NCBI GenBank assembly: GCA_964396265.1
Contig: CAYNEM010000005.1
Location: forward strand, 9,563-73,562
From: an uncultured Methanomassiliicoccales archaeon
Lineage (GTDB): Archaea > Thermoplasmatota > Thermoplasmata > RBG-16-68-12 > EA-27
Direction of reading: 5' to 3'
DNA: 64,000 bases
Positions 17,677 through 26,541 of this stretch are shown here, one piece after another; the first letter of the stretch is position 1, and each line of letters opens with the position of its first letter. The notes below the pieces were generated by a model. It was not told the DNA's origin and searched no databases. It saw only the letters and a list, made by a program, of their open reading frames with translations. Made by a program: the position numbers and the translations under genes.

Positions 17677-19011
17677 GTGAAGGTCCTCGTCGTCGGCGGG
17701 GGAGGCCGGGAGCACTGCCTTGCCGAAACGTTGCGGCGCTCGGGCGCGGACCTGCTGGCGGTGATGGGGGATCAGAATCCCGGCATCCGCCGCGCCGCCA
17801 AGGAAACGGCGATCCATGATGTCACGGACGCGGACTGGATCGTGGAATGGGCGAAGTCCCGCGGTCCCGACGTGGCGGTGGTCGGGCCGGAAGCCCCGCT
17901 CGCCGCCGGCCTCACCGACGCGCTGGAGGCCGCGGAGATCCCGGTCGCGGGCCCCACGAGGTCGGCCGCCCGGATCGAGACGGACAAGGAGTTCTCGCGC
18001 GACCTCCTGCGGGAGGCCAGGATCCCCGGTGCGGTCGACTTCTGGGCCTTCGACGACCTCGCCACGTTCGACGCGTGGCTGAAGGACTGCGAGATCGAAC
18101 TCGTGGTGAAGCCCCTCGGGCTCACAGGCGGCAAGGGCGTGAAGGTCATGGGCGACCATCTGGCGAACTACGACGAGGTCCTCGAGTACGGCCGGGAGAT
18201 CCTCGAGTCCCGCATCGGCGGGGCGTCTCGGTTCCTGGTCGAGGAAAAAGTCGTCGGCGAGGAGTTCTCGCTGCAGTGCCTGACGGACGGGAAGACGGTC
18301 GTGCCCGCGCCGCTCGCGCAGGACCACAAGCGCGCGCTCGAGGGGGACAAGGGCCCGAACACGGGCGGCATGGGGTCGTACAGCGACGCGGACCATCTCC
18401 TCCCGTTCCTCACCGCCAAGGACCGCGACGAGGCGCTGGGGATTTGCAAGAAGGTCGTCGAGGCGATGCGCAAACGCGGGACGCCGTTCAAGGGCTGCCT
18501 CTATGGCGGCTTCATGGCGACGCGGGACGGCGTGCGCGTGCTCGAATTCAACGCGCGGTTCGCCGACCCGGAGTGCATGAACGTCCTCCCGCTCCTCGCA
18601 GGCGACTTCGGGGACGCGTGCGAGCGGATCGCGACGGGGTCCCTCAAAGCAGACCTCACGTTCCACAAGAAGGCGACGGTCTGCAAGTACGTCGTGCCGA
18701 TGGGATACGGGACGAGGTCGATCGCGGGGGAGCGGCTTGTCGTGGACGAGGCGGGGATCGCCGCCACCGGAGCGCACTTGTATTATGCGTCGGTGAACGA
18801 GGTTGAGGGGGCGGCGGTGACGACGACCTCGCGCGCCCTGGCGGTGGTCGGCATCCATCACAACCTCGAGAAGGCCGAGCATCAGGCGGAGGAAGCCCTC
18901 CAGTTCGTGAAGGGGAATGCGTATGTGCGCCACGACATCGGCACGAAGGCGGCGATTCGACGGAAGGTCGAGAGGATGAAACGACTTCGAGGGAAACCCA
19001 CAAATAAGTAG
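17677..19011 (+). CDS. purD: phosphoribosylamine-glycine ligase
   Basis: VLVVGGGGREH, VVGPEAPL, GGKGV, QDHKR...GPNTGGMG, EFNARFADPE. Confidence 0.97.
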   Translation: MKVLVVGGGGREHCLAETLRRSGADLLAVMGDQNPGIRRAAKETAIHDVTDADWIVEWAKSRGPDVAVVGPEAPLAAGLTDALEAAEIPVAGPTRSAARIETDKEFSRDLLREARIPGAVDFWAFDDLATFDAWLKDCEIELVVKPLGLTGGKGVKVMGDHLANYDEVLEYGREILESRIGGASRFLVEEKVVGEEFSLQCLTDGKTVVPAPLAQDHKRALEGDKGPNTGGMGSYSDADHLLPFLTAKDRDEALGICKKVVEAMRKRGTPFKGCLYGGFMATRDGVRVLEFNARFADPECMNVLPLLAGDFGDACERIATGSLKADLTFHKKATVCKYVVPMGYGTRSIAGERLVVDEAGIAATGAHLYYASVNEVEGAAVTTTSRALAVVGIHHNLEKAEHQAEEALQFVKGNAYVRHDIGTKAAIRRKVERMKRLRGKPTNK

Positions 19012-19029
19012 CACTACGTACAGGTACAC

Positions 19030-19326
19030 GTGATCCTTGAGCTTCCGGAGTCCGTCGTGGGCAACGGGCCCACAATGGCAACCATCGTCGAAATCGGACG
19101 GATCGTCGAACGTGCACGACTGGAGCCACCGCTCAGCCTTGCAGAGATCGGGCGGAGGATGAGGGCGAAGCGCGTCCGGCATTCTACGGTCCGCGCGTGC
19201 GTTGACTTCCTCCACCGTCTCGGGTTCGTGACCGTCGGGAGCAAGGGGGTCGAGTGGACTTACTCCCGCGACGAGCGGTTCTGGAAGGCAGCCCGCAAGA
19301 GCGTTCCCTTGGGCGGGGAGGCCTGA
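19030..19326 (+). CDS. small HTH protein, putative antitoxin
   Basis: LSLAEIGRRM...VRHSTVRACVDFL wHTH-like; overlaps downstream toxin-like gene. Confidence 0.6.
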   Translation: MILELPESVVGNGPTMATIVEIGRIVERARLEPPLSLAEIGRRMRAKRVRHSTVRACVDFLHRLGFVTVGSKGVEWTYSRDERFWKAARKSVPLGGEA

Positions 19327-19655
19327 CCTCGCCGCCCTACCGCGTGGGCTTGGAGTCCCCTCATGTGGAGCGCCAGTTCGCGGACGCACCCCGCGAAGTC
19401 CGCGATTCGCTTCGGCGTCACGCGCGTCGACTCGGGGACAATCCTCAGGTCGGCTCCTACGTTCCCGTCCGGATGGTTCCCAAGGCCACCCTCCGGGGAT
19501 GGAAGGCGCGCATCGGCCAGGTGGAGCGGTTGTACAAACTCGACCTACCTCGGGGATGGCGTGCCCTTTACGTGGTTCGGACCGAAGGCGCCAACCGGAT
19601 CGTGCTCGTCATCGAGCTCCTCAGCCACGGGGACTACGAACGGCTGTTGGGATAG
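19323..19655 (+). CDS. RelE/ParE-fold toxin-like protein
   Basis: LGDNPQVG...LYKLDLPRGWRALYVV...ELLSHGDYERLLG pattern of archaeal RelE-like proteins; CTG start inferred. Confidence 0.6.
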   Translation: MTSPPYRVGLESPHVERQFADAPREVRDSLRRHARRLGDNPQVGSYVPVRMVPKATLRGWKARIGQVERLYKLDLPRGWRALYVVRTEGANRIVLVIELLSHGDYERLLG

Positions 19656-19724
19656 GGCTGAGGACCTGTTCGGGATTCGCGGACACGCAAAGCCTAAGAA
19701 CACCTCCTACGGTCGCGGCTCTCC

Positions 19725-20342
19725 GTGAAGGACCTGGATCGGATCGTCGCACATCTCGAGAAAGACCTCGACGAGAAGGACCGCGTCCGGGAGGCCTCCC
19801 TCCGTGCAGCGCGGTCGATCACGCGCCTCGCGAGCACCGCCATCCGCGGGATGCACCGCGCAGAGGACGTCGAGAAAGAGCTCAAGGCCCTCCGAGGCGA
19901 AGTGCTCGCCTTGGGGAGATCCCTCCGGAGCCACCCAGAGTTCTGGTCGGGCGGCACGGTGGAGGGTGCCCTCCAGGAGGCGTCCGAGGCGGCAATCGTC
20001 CACGCAATCCTCCGAGACCGCCCACTCCCAGGGCCGGACGAGGTGGGCGTGACCGGCGCCGCCTACGTTCTTGGCCTCGGGGACTCAATCGGCGAACTCC
20101 GACGGCTCGCCCTCGACCGCCTGCGTGTGGGAGCCCTCGATGAGGCAAATCGATTCGTCGACGCGATGGAGGAGATGTACCACGCACTCCTACGCTTCGA
20201 CTACCCCGACGCGATTGTAGCGGTGCGCCACAAGCAGGACGTCGCGCGGAGCCTCCTGGAGCGGACACGCGGCGAACTGGCGGTCGCGACCCGAAGTGCG
20301 GAACTCGAGCGGAAGCTGGCGCGCCTAACGAAGAGGCGGTGA
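19725..20342 (+). CDS. translin/TRAX family protein
   Basis: EKDRVRE...ALQEASEA...YVLGLGDSIGELRR...RHKQDVARSLLERT. Confidence 0.9.
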   Translation: MKDLDRIVAHLEKDLDEKDRVREASLRAARSITRLASTAIRGMHRAEDVEKELKALRGEVLALGRSLRSHPEFWSGGTVEGALQEASEAAIVHAILRDRPLPGPDEVGVTGAAYVLGLGDSIGELRRLALDRLRVGALDEANRFVDAMEEMYHALLRFDYPDAIVAVRHKQDVARSLLERTRGELAVATRSAELERKLARLTKRR

Positions 20343-20379
20343 AGCTCCCATCCAGCTGCCGACCCGCAATCGTTCGATC

Positions 20380-20577
20380 CTAGCTTCGATTCCCAACCTC
20401 GGGTCCCCATCGACCCGCCAGGAACGCTGCGAAGAAGAGCAGAGAGAACTGCGTTAGCAGCAGGAGGGGTAGAAGCCAGCTCGGTATCACGCCCAACATC
20501 AGAAGTGGAGCGCCGACAAAGCTGATCGCTGCAACCGTGAGGTAGAACCACCTAGGCTTGAGGCTCTCGAGTTTCAT
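20380..20577 (-). CDS. small two-TM membrane protein
   Basis: MKLESLKPRWFYL...; two hydrophobic helices; AT-richer. Confidence 0.55.
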   Translation of the reverse strand: MKLESLKPRWFYLTVAAISFVGAPLLMLGVIPSWLLPLLLLTQFSLLFFAAFLAGRWGPEVGNRS

Positions 20578-20633
20578 GAAGTTCGATCCCCCACATCGGT
20601 CGGCCCGTACTTGATGGTACCGGGCTAGCAGCC

Positions 20634-21083
20634 TCACTTCTCCCAGGTGACGCGTAGGCTCGTGACGAGGGACACCGGCCTCTGGTTCTTCCCCTCGCGC
20701 CGCACCGCCACGAGGCCCCACGCCTCAAGCGCCGCCAGATCGTCGTACGTGTTCTTGTAATCCCGCCGGAGCTTCGCCGCCAGATCCTTGATCGACCCGG
20801 CCTCGGCGTGGCGCAGGTACTCGAGCATCTCGACGCGCCGCGGGGTCAAGGCGCGGAACACGTCCGGGGTGTCGAACACGGTCCGATCCTCGAGCGCGCC
20901 GCCCTCGTCCCGGAGGGCCTTCCAGACGACGTAGTCGTCCACTGCGAGGGGGTCTGCGCACCGCTCGACGAACACCCGCTGCCGGAGCCCGTCGAAGGCG
21001 CCGTGGCGACCTTCCAGCTCCGCGACCTCCCTCGCGACGTCCCCCTTCCCCAAGTCCCGGGCCACTTCGACGCGCACGGTCAC
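20634..21083 (-). CDS. HTH DNA-binding protein (HVO_A0114-like putative antitoxin)
   Basis: ALTPRRVEMLEYL...SIKDLAAKLRRDYKNTYDDLAALEAWGLV. Confidence 0.8.
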   Translation of the reverse strand: MTVRVEVARDLGKGDVAREVAELEGRHGAFDGLRQRVFVERCADPLAVDDYVVWKALRDEGGALEDRTVFDTPDVFRALTPRRVEMLEYLRHAEAGSIKDLAAKLRRDYKNTYDDLAALEAWGLVAVRREGKNQRPVSLVTSLRVTWEK

Positions 21084-21382
21084 AGCTCCGAGAGGTCCAT
21101 GGTCAGGAGGTTCCGCCGAAAGGTCTTCACCAGCTTGAGAACGTCCGCAAGGGGGCGGTCCCGCCAAGCGGTCCGATCCTTGAGCTGCCCGGACTCGTCG
21201 TAGCGGTCCACGTGGTCCTGACCCTCCCAACTGTCCCACCGGACGGTCGGGAACCAGGCCCCGTCCCGGAGGGTCCGGTACGTGTAGCCGTAAAAGGATC
21301 GCCGGGTCCCCTCGAAGGCCTCGACCGCGTCCAGGACCTCGTCCCGGCGCACCCAAATCCTCTGCCGAACGACCCGGGACAT
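21080..21382 (-). CDS. small protein, DUF6516/TumE-like putative toxin
   Basis: YGYTYR...VRWDSWEGQDHVDRY motif; 4-bp overlap with HTH gene. Confidence 0.6.
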   Translation of the reverse strand: MSRVVRQRIWVRRDEVLDAVEAFEGTRRSFYGYTYRTLRDGAWFPTVRWDSWEGQDHVDRYDESGQLKDRTAWRDRPLADVLKLVKTFRRNLLTMDLSEL

Positions 21383-21488
21383 GTCAAAGCCGCATGGCCG
21401 GTCAGGGTCGATAAACCCTTGCCCTTGACTCGCGCCCTTCGAACTGTCTGGCCAGGGGGTCTCCGAAGTGAAAACAACGACGGGGAGA

Positions 21489-21504
21489 GATTCGTTTACG
21501 AATC
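21489..21504. promoter_or_regulatory. palindromic putative operator
   Basis: GATTCGT-TT-ACGAATC perfect inverted repeat in the divergent intergenic region. Confidence 0.4.
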
Positions 21505-21627
21505 GAGCCATAAAACTATCCGCGACCTACTGGCTCACTCGTTTCTTGATGAGACCATACGATATCGGTTTCCGCGAATGTTGACGAAACGTTCTTACGA
21601 AAAAGAGGCGCATGCGACGATACTTCC

Positions 21628-22539
21628 ATGGGCAATCTGCACGGTTCCGGGGAGCGTTCCGGCAGTCCCTTGGTCGAACTAGCACCCCCCATCCAACGCT
21701 CCCGGAGCTTTGCCCAGGTCGTCGCCGTCCTACAGAGGCTGAACGACCTCGATGCCGCCGTCGCGAACGCGATCGCGACCTCCCAGGTGCCCCCCTCGGA
21801 GGTCCGGCTCCTCCTCCGGGCGGAGTCCCCGATTCCGGCCGGGAATGCGCCTGCCTTCCAGTTCATGCGGCAGATCTTCGCCCAGGTCGGGCTTCCGCTG
21901 ACCGTCGAGGCGCTTGGCCGCTTCTCCCTGACGTTCGGCCTGGAAAGCACGCCCTACGCCCACCTGTTCGCAGGGGACCGACCCGCGAAGACGTGCGCCT
22001 TCGTGAGCGAGGCGCTGTCCCGGTTCCTCGCCGCCGACCTCGGCCTCCCCGCGGAGGTAGAGGAGGTCGCCTGCCGGAACGCCGAGGATCCGAGGTGCCT
22101 ATTCGTGGCGGCTCTCGACCCGCTCGCGGTCCGCACGACCGTCCTCGATGCGGTCGATTGGTCCCTCCTCCGAAGGCTCGGATCCAAGGGAGACCTCGCG
22201 GAATCCCTCATGCTGTCCCAGGACGAGTTCGACTTCCGAATGGAACGTCTCGCGGGGTACGGCCTCGCGACCGCAGAAGCGAAGCGGACCCCGGAGGGCG
22301 ACGATGCCCTCTTCCAGGGCCCGGCGGCGGAGGAGTTCGAGACCCCGTGGCGGAAGGTCACCGAGCTCACGGAGGCGATCGCGGACGCGCAATCGTTCGC
22401 GGAGGCCGTCGCGTATGTCGCACCCAAGGAGCCCCGCGGCGAGACGTCCGCGGACGCGGAGACCGCGATTCTGGCGGCGGAGTGCCACAGCTTCGCGGAG
22501 CTGCTCGCGCGGTCGAGTCGAGGGAGGTCGTCGGAATGA
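21628..22539 (+). CDS. V4R (4-vinyl reductase) domain protein with wHTH-like C-terminal part
   Basis: KTCAFVSEAL...EVEEVACRNAEDPRCLF is the V4R Cys signature. Confidence 0.8.
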   Translation: MGNLHGSGERSGSPLVELAPPIQRSRSFAQVVAVLQRLNDLDAAVANAIATSQVPPSEVRLLLRAESPIPAGNAPAFQFMRQIFAQVGLPLTVEALGRFSLTFGLESTPYAHLFAGDRPAKTCAFVSEALSRFLAADLGLPAEVEEVACRNAEDPRCLFVAALDPLAVRTTVLDAVDWSLLRRLGSKGDLAESLMLSQDEFDFRMERLAGYGLATAEAKRTPEGDDALFQGPAAEEFETPWRKVTELTEAIADAQSFAEAVAYVAPKEPRGETSADAETAILAAECHSFAELLARSSRGRSSE

Positions 22540-23417
22540 CGGAAACGTTGGTACGATCCGGTATCTTCGGACTGGACCCGTTGATCGGGGGTGGCTTCCG
22601 GGAGAAGACCGCAAACGTGGTCGTCGGCTCCTCGGGCACGGGGAAGACGACGTTCGCGATGCAGTTCATCATGCACGGCATCGACGAGGGGCAGCAGGGC
22701 CTCTACGTGACCCTCGAGGAGACGCCGGAACAGATCGTCCGCGAGGGCGAGCTGATGGGCTTCCGGATGCAAGAGCAGCTCGACAAGAACCTCTTCTTCA
22801 TCCACCTGAAGGGCAAGAACTTCAAGAAGATGATCGAGGAGCAACTCCCGGCGCTCGTCAAGGCGCGCGCGGACTACGACATCAAGACGCGCGTCGTGAT
22901 CGACCCCATGACGCCCGTGATCTGGGCGACGCCGGACCGGCTCGAGCAGCGCGAGCTCATCGGCCGTCTGTTCTACACGCTCAAGGAGCTCGGCGTCGTC
23001 GTCGCGACCGTCGAGGAGCATTCGAAGCCGGGCGAGACCATCGGCGAGGACGTGCTGCTCCCGATCTATCTGAGCGACGGCGCGTTCCACGTGGAGTACT
23101 ACCCCGTCGGCGGTGCGTTCAACCGCACGCTCAAGGTCATCAAGATCCGCGGCGCGCACCATGGCGAGGGCGTCTACCCGTACTTCTTCGCGCGCGGGGC
23201 CGGCGTGATCGTGCGCGCATCCGCGGGCGAGATCCCTGCGGCGGGCGCTGCGCCCGACCACACCGCCATGTTCGACCGGGCGCTCAAGACGGCGCAGGAG
23301 CGGAAGGCGCCTCCGTTCGTGCTCGCGAAGATCGACACGATGCGGAAGAACTGGGATTACGCATACTCACCGCAAGAGGCCCTGCAGATCCTGTTCGACA
23401 TGTACGGGCTGAAGTGA
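22536..23417 (+). CDS. KaiC-like/RAD55 family ATPase with C-terminal helical extension
   Basis: SGIFGLDPLIGGG, Walker A GSSGTGKT, YVTLEE, VVIDP, RTLKVIKIRG. Confidence 0.93.
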   Translation: MTETLVRSGIFGLDPLIGGGFREKTANVVVGSSGTGKTTFAMQFIMHGIDEGQQGLYVTLEETPEQIVREGELMGFRMQEQLDKNLFFIHLKGKNFKKMIEEQLPALVKARADYDIKTRVVIDPMTPVIWATPDRLEQRELIGRLFYTLKELGVVVATVEEHSKPGETIGEDVLLPIYLSDGAFHVEYYPVGGAFNRTLKVIKIRGAHHGEGVYPYFFARGAGVIVRASAGEIPAAGAAPDHTAMFDRALKTAQERKAPPFVLAKIDTMRKNWDYAYSPQEALQILFDMYGLK

Positions 23418-24211
23418 TGACGATGGCGGCGAAACCTTCCCTGGAAAAACGGCTCGAGGCGGAGACGGTCACCCTCCTCAAAAGTCTGCTCGAGATGGAG
23501 CTCCGCCGCGTCCGCGACGACTTCGGCTTCGACATCTCCATGCTCATCGGGGTCGACGGGCGCATCTTCGCGACGAGCATCCCCGACGTGCTCGACCCGC
23601 GGCAGTACCGTCTCCTCAACCTCGTGAAGGCGAACCTCCCGAGCATCTGCGCGCAGCTCACGAACGAGTCGATGAGACTCAACTTCACGCAGTACGAGAA
23701 CGGCGTCGTCCTCATTGCGCCCGTCGGCGGACGCGCGTTCCTCGTGCTTCTCTCCGGGAAGGCGCAGGACGTCACAACGATGGGGGACACGTTCGCGCAC
23801 GTGCGGCACGCGGCGGAGGTGCTGCAGCACGTGTTCCAGCAGCGGCCGATGAGCGCGGAGGCGCTCGCGGGCTACGAGGCGGAGACCGCGGACGAACTGC
23901 GGCGGCTCAGTCGTCGGCTGTTCGTCGAGAAGTTCGAGGAGACGCCAACGTTCCGGCGGAACATGGACCTTCACAATTACCTGAAGACGGAACTGACCAA
24001 GGCCGTCGGCGTGGGGAGCGTGCAGGAGTACCTCACGCACGCATACAACGAGGTCGGCACCTCCGCGCCCCACATGAGGGACGAGCAGTGGCTCACGGTC
24101 CTGGACCTCCTGGTCGGGCGCGTCCGGGAGGCCGGCGGCGACGTGCTCGCGGAACGGTGCGCGCAGACGTGGGTCCCCGAGGCGAAACGGCGTTTGAAGG
24201 CGTTCGTATGA
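23417..24211 (+). CDS. Roadblock/LC7-domain protein with extra helical C-terminal domain
   Basis: SMLIGVDGRIFATS...LNFTQYENGVVLIAPVGGRAFLVLLS fits the Roadblock pattern. Confidence 0.7.
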   Translation: MTMAAKPSLEKRLEAETVTLLKSLLEMELRRVRDDFGFDISMLIGVDGRIFATSIPDVLDPRQYRLLNLVKANLPSICAQLTNESMRLNFTQYENGVVLIAPVGGRAFLVLLSGKAQDVTTMGDTFAHVRHAAEVLQHVFQQRPMSAEALAGYEAETADELRRLSRRLFVEKFEETPTFRRNMDLHNYLKTELTKAVGVGSVQEYLTHAYNEVGTSAPHMRDEQWLTVLDLLVGRVREAGGDVLAERCAQTWVPEAKRRLKAFV

Positions 24212-25293
24212 TCATGTCGGAACGAGTCGAGGACGTTCGGGAATCGGCGTTCGACGCGCCCGCCACCGGATTGGCGGCGCAGGTCGCAGAGCTCGAGGCG
24301 ACGGTCCAAACCCTCAACGAGCTCCTCGCCAAGGTGAGCGCGCGCATGCTGCGGGGCATCGACGACGTCCGGGACGAGACCCGGAACAAGGTGGGCTACG
24401 GCGACCTCGCGGGGATCCGGAAGGACCTCGAGAGGATCGGTTCTCGGATCGACGACATCGTCAGCGAGGTCGGGTACGGTGAGGCCCTGGACCTGGCGAA
24501 GGTCCCGCCCGCGATCCTTGAGCACGCGTACCAGGCGATCCTGGACGACCTCGTCGCCGCGCTCCGGAAGGCCCTGGGCGAGCACGATTCCGACATGCAC
24601 ATCGTGCGGTCCCTCGAGCAGCTTCGACTCAAGACGAGCGGCTCGGAGCTGTTCCACTATCGCGCGCAGGACCACCGCATCGAGGTAGGGCTTCGGAAGC
24701 CGCTGGAGAAGGGGCTCGTCTCTGCGCGACAGGTGCAGATGACGTACGAGGAGCTGCAACGCCACCTCCGAGAGCCCATTCATACGCACACGCCCAAGAA
24801 CTTCCGGGCGCTCGTGAAGATCAAGTCCGGGGAGTTCGCCGTGGACCGTGCCCTCCATCTGGGTCGCGAGGTCGATCAGGCGATCGCCCAGACGAGCACC
24901 TTGCGGGATCGACTCGACCGGCTGGAGACGCAGGTCGCGGGAGCGTTGAAGGATGTGCAGGAGTTCGCCGCGGGCCTCCGGGACACGCTCGCGAACGTCG
25001 CGACGGGGGAGTCCGTCGAGGCCCTGCAGATGCGCGTCGCCGCCATCGAGGGCCGCCTCCAGGCCCAGGAGTCGAAGTCCGCAACGCCCGAGGAACCTCC
25101 CATCGCGGACCGCGTGCTCACGGCGCTCGCCGGGCGAGCGCGCAGCCTCGCAGAGTTGCGGCGCGACCTCGGGGTCTCGGACTCGGATCTGCACGAGGTC
25201 CTCGTCGACCTCGAGTCCCGTCATCTCATCACCTCCTCCATGCGGGGGAGGACGGCGGAGTATCGTCTCAGGGAGGAATCCGACAATGCTTGA
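24208..25293 (+). CDS. coiled-coil protein with C-terminal winged helix
   Basis: Heptad-rich segments flanking a globular core; C-term RSLAELRRDLGVSDSDLHEVLVDLESRHLI...GRTAEYRL. Confidence 0.75.
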   Translation: MIMSERVEDVRESAFDAPATGLAAQVAELEATVQTLNELLAKVSARMLRGIDDVRDETRNKVGYGDLAGIRKDLERIGSRIDDIVSEVGYGEALDLAKVPPAILEHAYQAILDDLVAALRKALGEHDSDMHIVRSLEQLRLKTSGSELFHYRAQDHRIEVGLRKPLEKGLVSARQVQMTYEELQRHLREPIHTHTPKNFRALVKIKSGEFAVDRALHLGREVDQAIAQTSTLRDRLDRLETQVAGALKDVQEFAAGLRDTLANVATGESVEALQMRVAAIEGRLQAQESKSATPEEPPIADRVLTALAGRARSLAELRRDLGVSDSDLHEVLVDLESRHLITSSMRGRTAEYRLREESDNA

Positions 25294-25906
25294 CGTGGCC
25301 CTGGTGTCCCTCATCCAAGACATGAGCGAGAAAGCAGGCGTGGACGGAACGATCCAATACTGGCAGCGCGTGGGCGAGAACCTCGCGCGCCGGATTGGCA
25401 AAGAGGCGTACATGGGGTGGCCCTCATTCAACGTCGCCCTGCGCGAGGGGCGAACCGGCTTCTCGATCGAGGGCGACGTGACGCCGCTGACGGACCTCGC
25501 CATCACGGACGTCGACGGGGACGTCGTCGGCTACATCTACGCGCTGAAGCAGTGCGTGTTCGTCCCGACGATCCTGCGCGTGCGGTACAGTGTGGGGGCG
25601 CTCCCGCGGGCCGACCGCGCGGTCGCGGAGGAGTACAACAACTCAATCCACGACATCGCGGTCTGCAACTTCTGCGTGATCCACGAGAAGTTCCGGGAAG
25701 AGGTCGCGAAGAACATCACGATCGCCGGACAGCAGCTCGAGTCCCTCCTCCTCGCGACGCGTGGGTTCACGGGCGAGACGAAGATTAGCGAGCGGAACCT
25801 ACGCAAGCTCGGCATCAACCCGGAACACGTTCGAGCCCTGTTGCGGAACTATGAGTGCGTGTACGCGATCATGATGAAAGGCGCGAAGCTGAAGGAGGGA
25901 TCGTGA
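25286..25906 (+). CDS. hypothetical protein, V4R/methanogen-output-domain-like
   Basis: YWQRVGENLARRI, LKQCVF...CNFCVIH Cys/His pattern. Confidence 0.7.
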   Translation: MLDVALVSLIQDMSEKAGVDGTIQYWQRVGENLARRIGKEAYMGWPSFNVALREGRTGFSIEGDVTPLTDLAITDVDGDVVGYIYALKQCVFVPTILRVRYSVGALPRADRAVAEEYNNSIHDIAVCNFCVIHEKFREEVAKNITIAGQQLESLLLATRGFTGETKISERNLRKLGINPEHVRALLRNYECVYAIMMKGAKLKEGS

Positions 25907-26526
25907 TGGTCACGACACAGCACCGAGAGAAGCTGATCGAATCGAATCCGTTCGTGGACGTGGCGACACACCTCTTTCTGGAGGACATTGCCGACAAGCA
26001 GGGCGCCTCCGGGCTCAACAACTACCTCATGAGTCTCGCGACGAACCTCGCGAAGTCCATGCCCGAGGAGGAGTACGACACGTGGGACGAGTTCCTCGAG
26101 GCGCTGAAGGACGGCAACAGCATCCTGACGGCGTTCGAGGAGGTGTTCATGCCCACGAAGAACTGCGTCGTCACGCGCCGCTCGCCGTTCGAGCGCGGCT
26201 GGCAGGAGTACATCAAGCGCGTGGGATCGTTCTCCCGCATCCATGAGGAGGTCGCGGAGTACTACAACAGCACTGTGAAGCCGACGTCGATCAATTCGCT
26301 CCACATCATCCACCAGACGTTCCGTGCAGCGGCCGCGGACCGGATCACCGTGGGGGGCAAGCGCGTGAAGTACGCGCAGATCGCGACGGTCTGGACGGAC
26401 GGCGCGAAGAAGATCGTCCCCGACGAGTGGCTCCCAGTACTCCTTCAGAAGGCGAGCATCTCGAGGACCGAGCTCAACATGCTCCTCCGGAACAACTCCG
26501 ACGTCTGGCTTTTGTACACGGAGTGA
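25906..26526 (+). CDS. hypothetical protein, probable diverged paralog of upstream V4R-like gene
   Basis: LFLEDIADKQGASGLNNYLMSLATNLAK aligns by eye with LIQDMSEKAGVDGTIQYWQRVGENLAR; TRRSPF and LHIIHQTFR replace CVF and FCVIHEKFR. Confidence 0.7.
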   Translation: MVTTQHREKLIESNPFVDVATHLFLEDIADKQGASGLNNYLMSLATNLAKSMPEEEYDTWDEFLEALKDGNSILTAFEEVFMPTKNCVVTRRSPFERGWQEYIKRVGSFSRIHEEVAEYYNSTVKPTSINSLHIIHQTFRAAAADRITVGGKRVKYAQIATVWTDGAKKIVPDEWLPVLLQKASISRTELNMLLRNNSDVWLLYTE

Positions 26527-26541
26527 CGGTCCTGGGGACAC

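Noticed and set aside
17563-19389. Long antisense ORFs (e.g. upstream part of 17008-19389, 37485-40970, 30583-33171, 3608-5170)
   Set aside because: Shadow frames of real genes, expected in high-GC DNA; Arg/Pro/Gly-rich and without motifs
22536-23417. Circadian clock (KaiABC)
   Set aside because: Single-domain KaiC-like proteins and no kaiA/kaiB in the window
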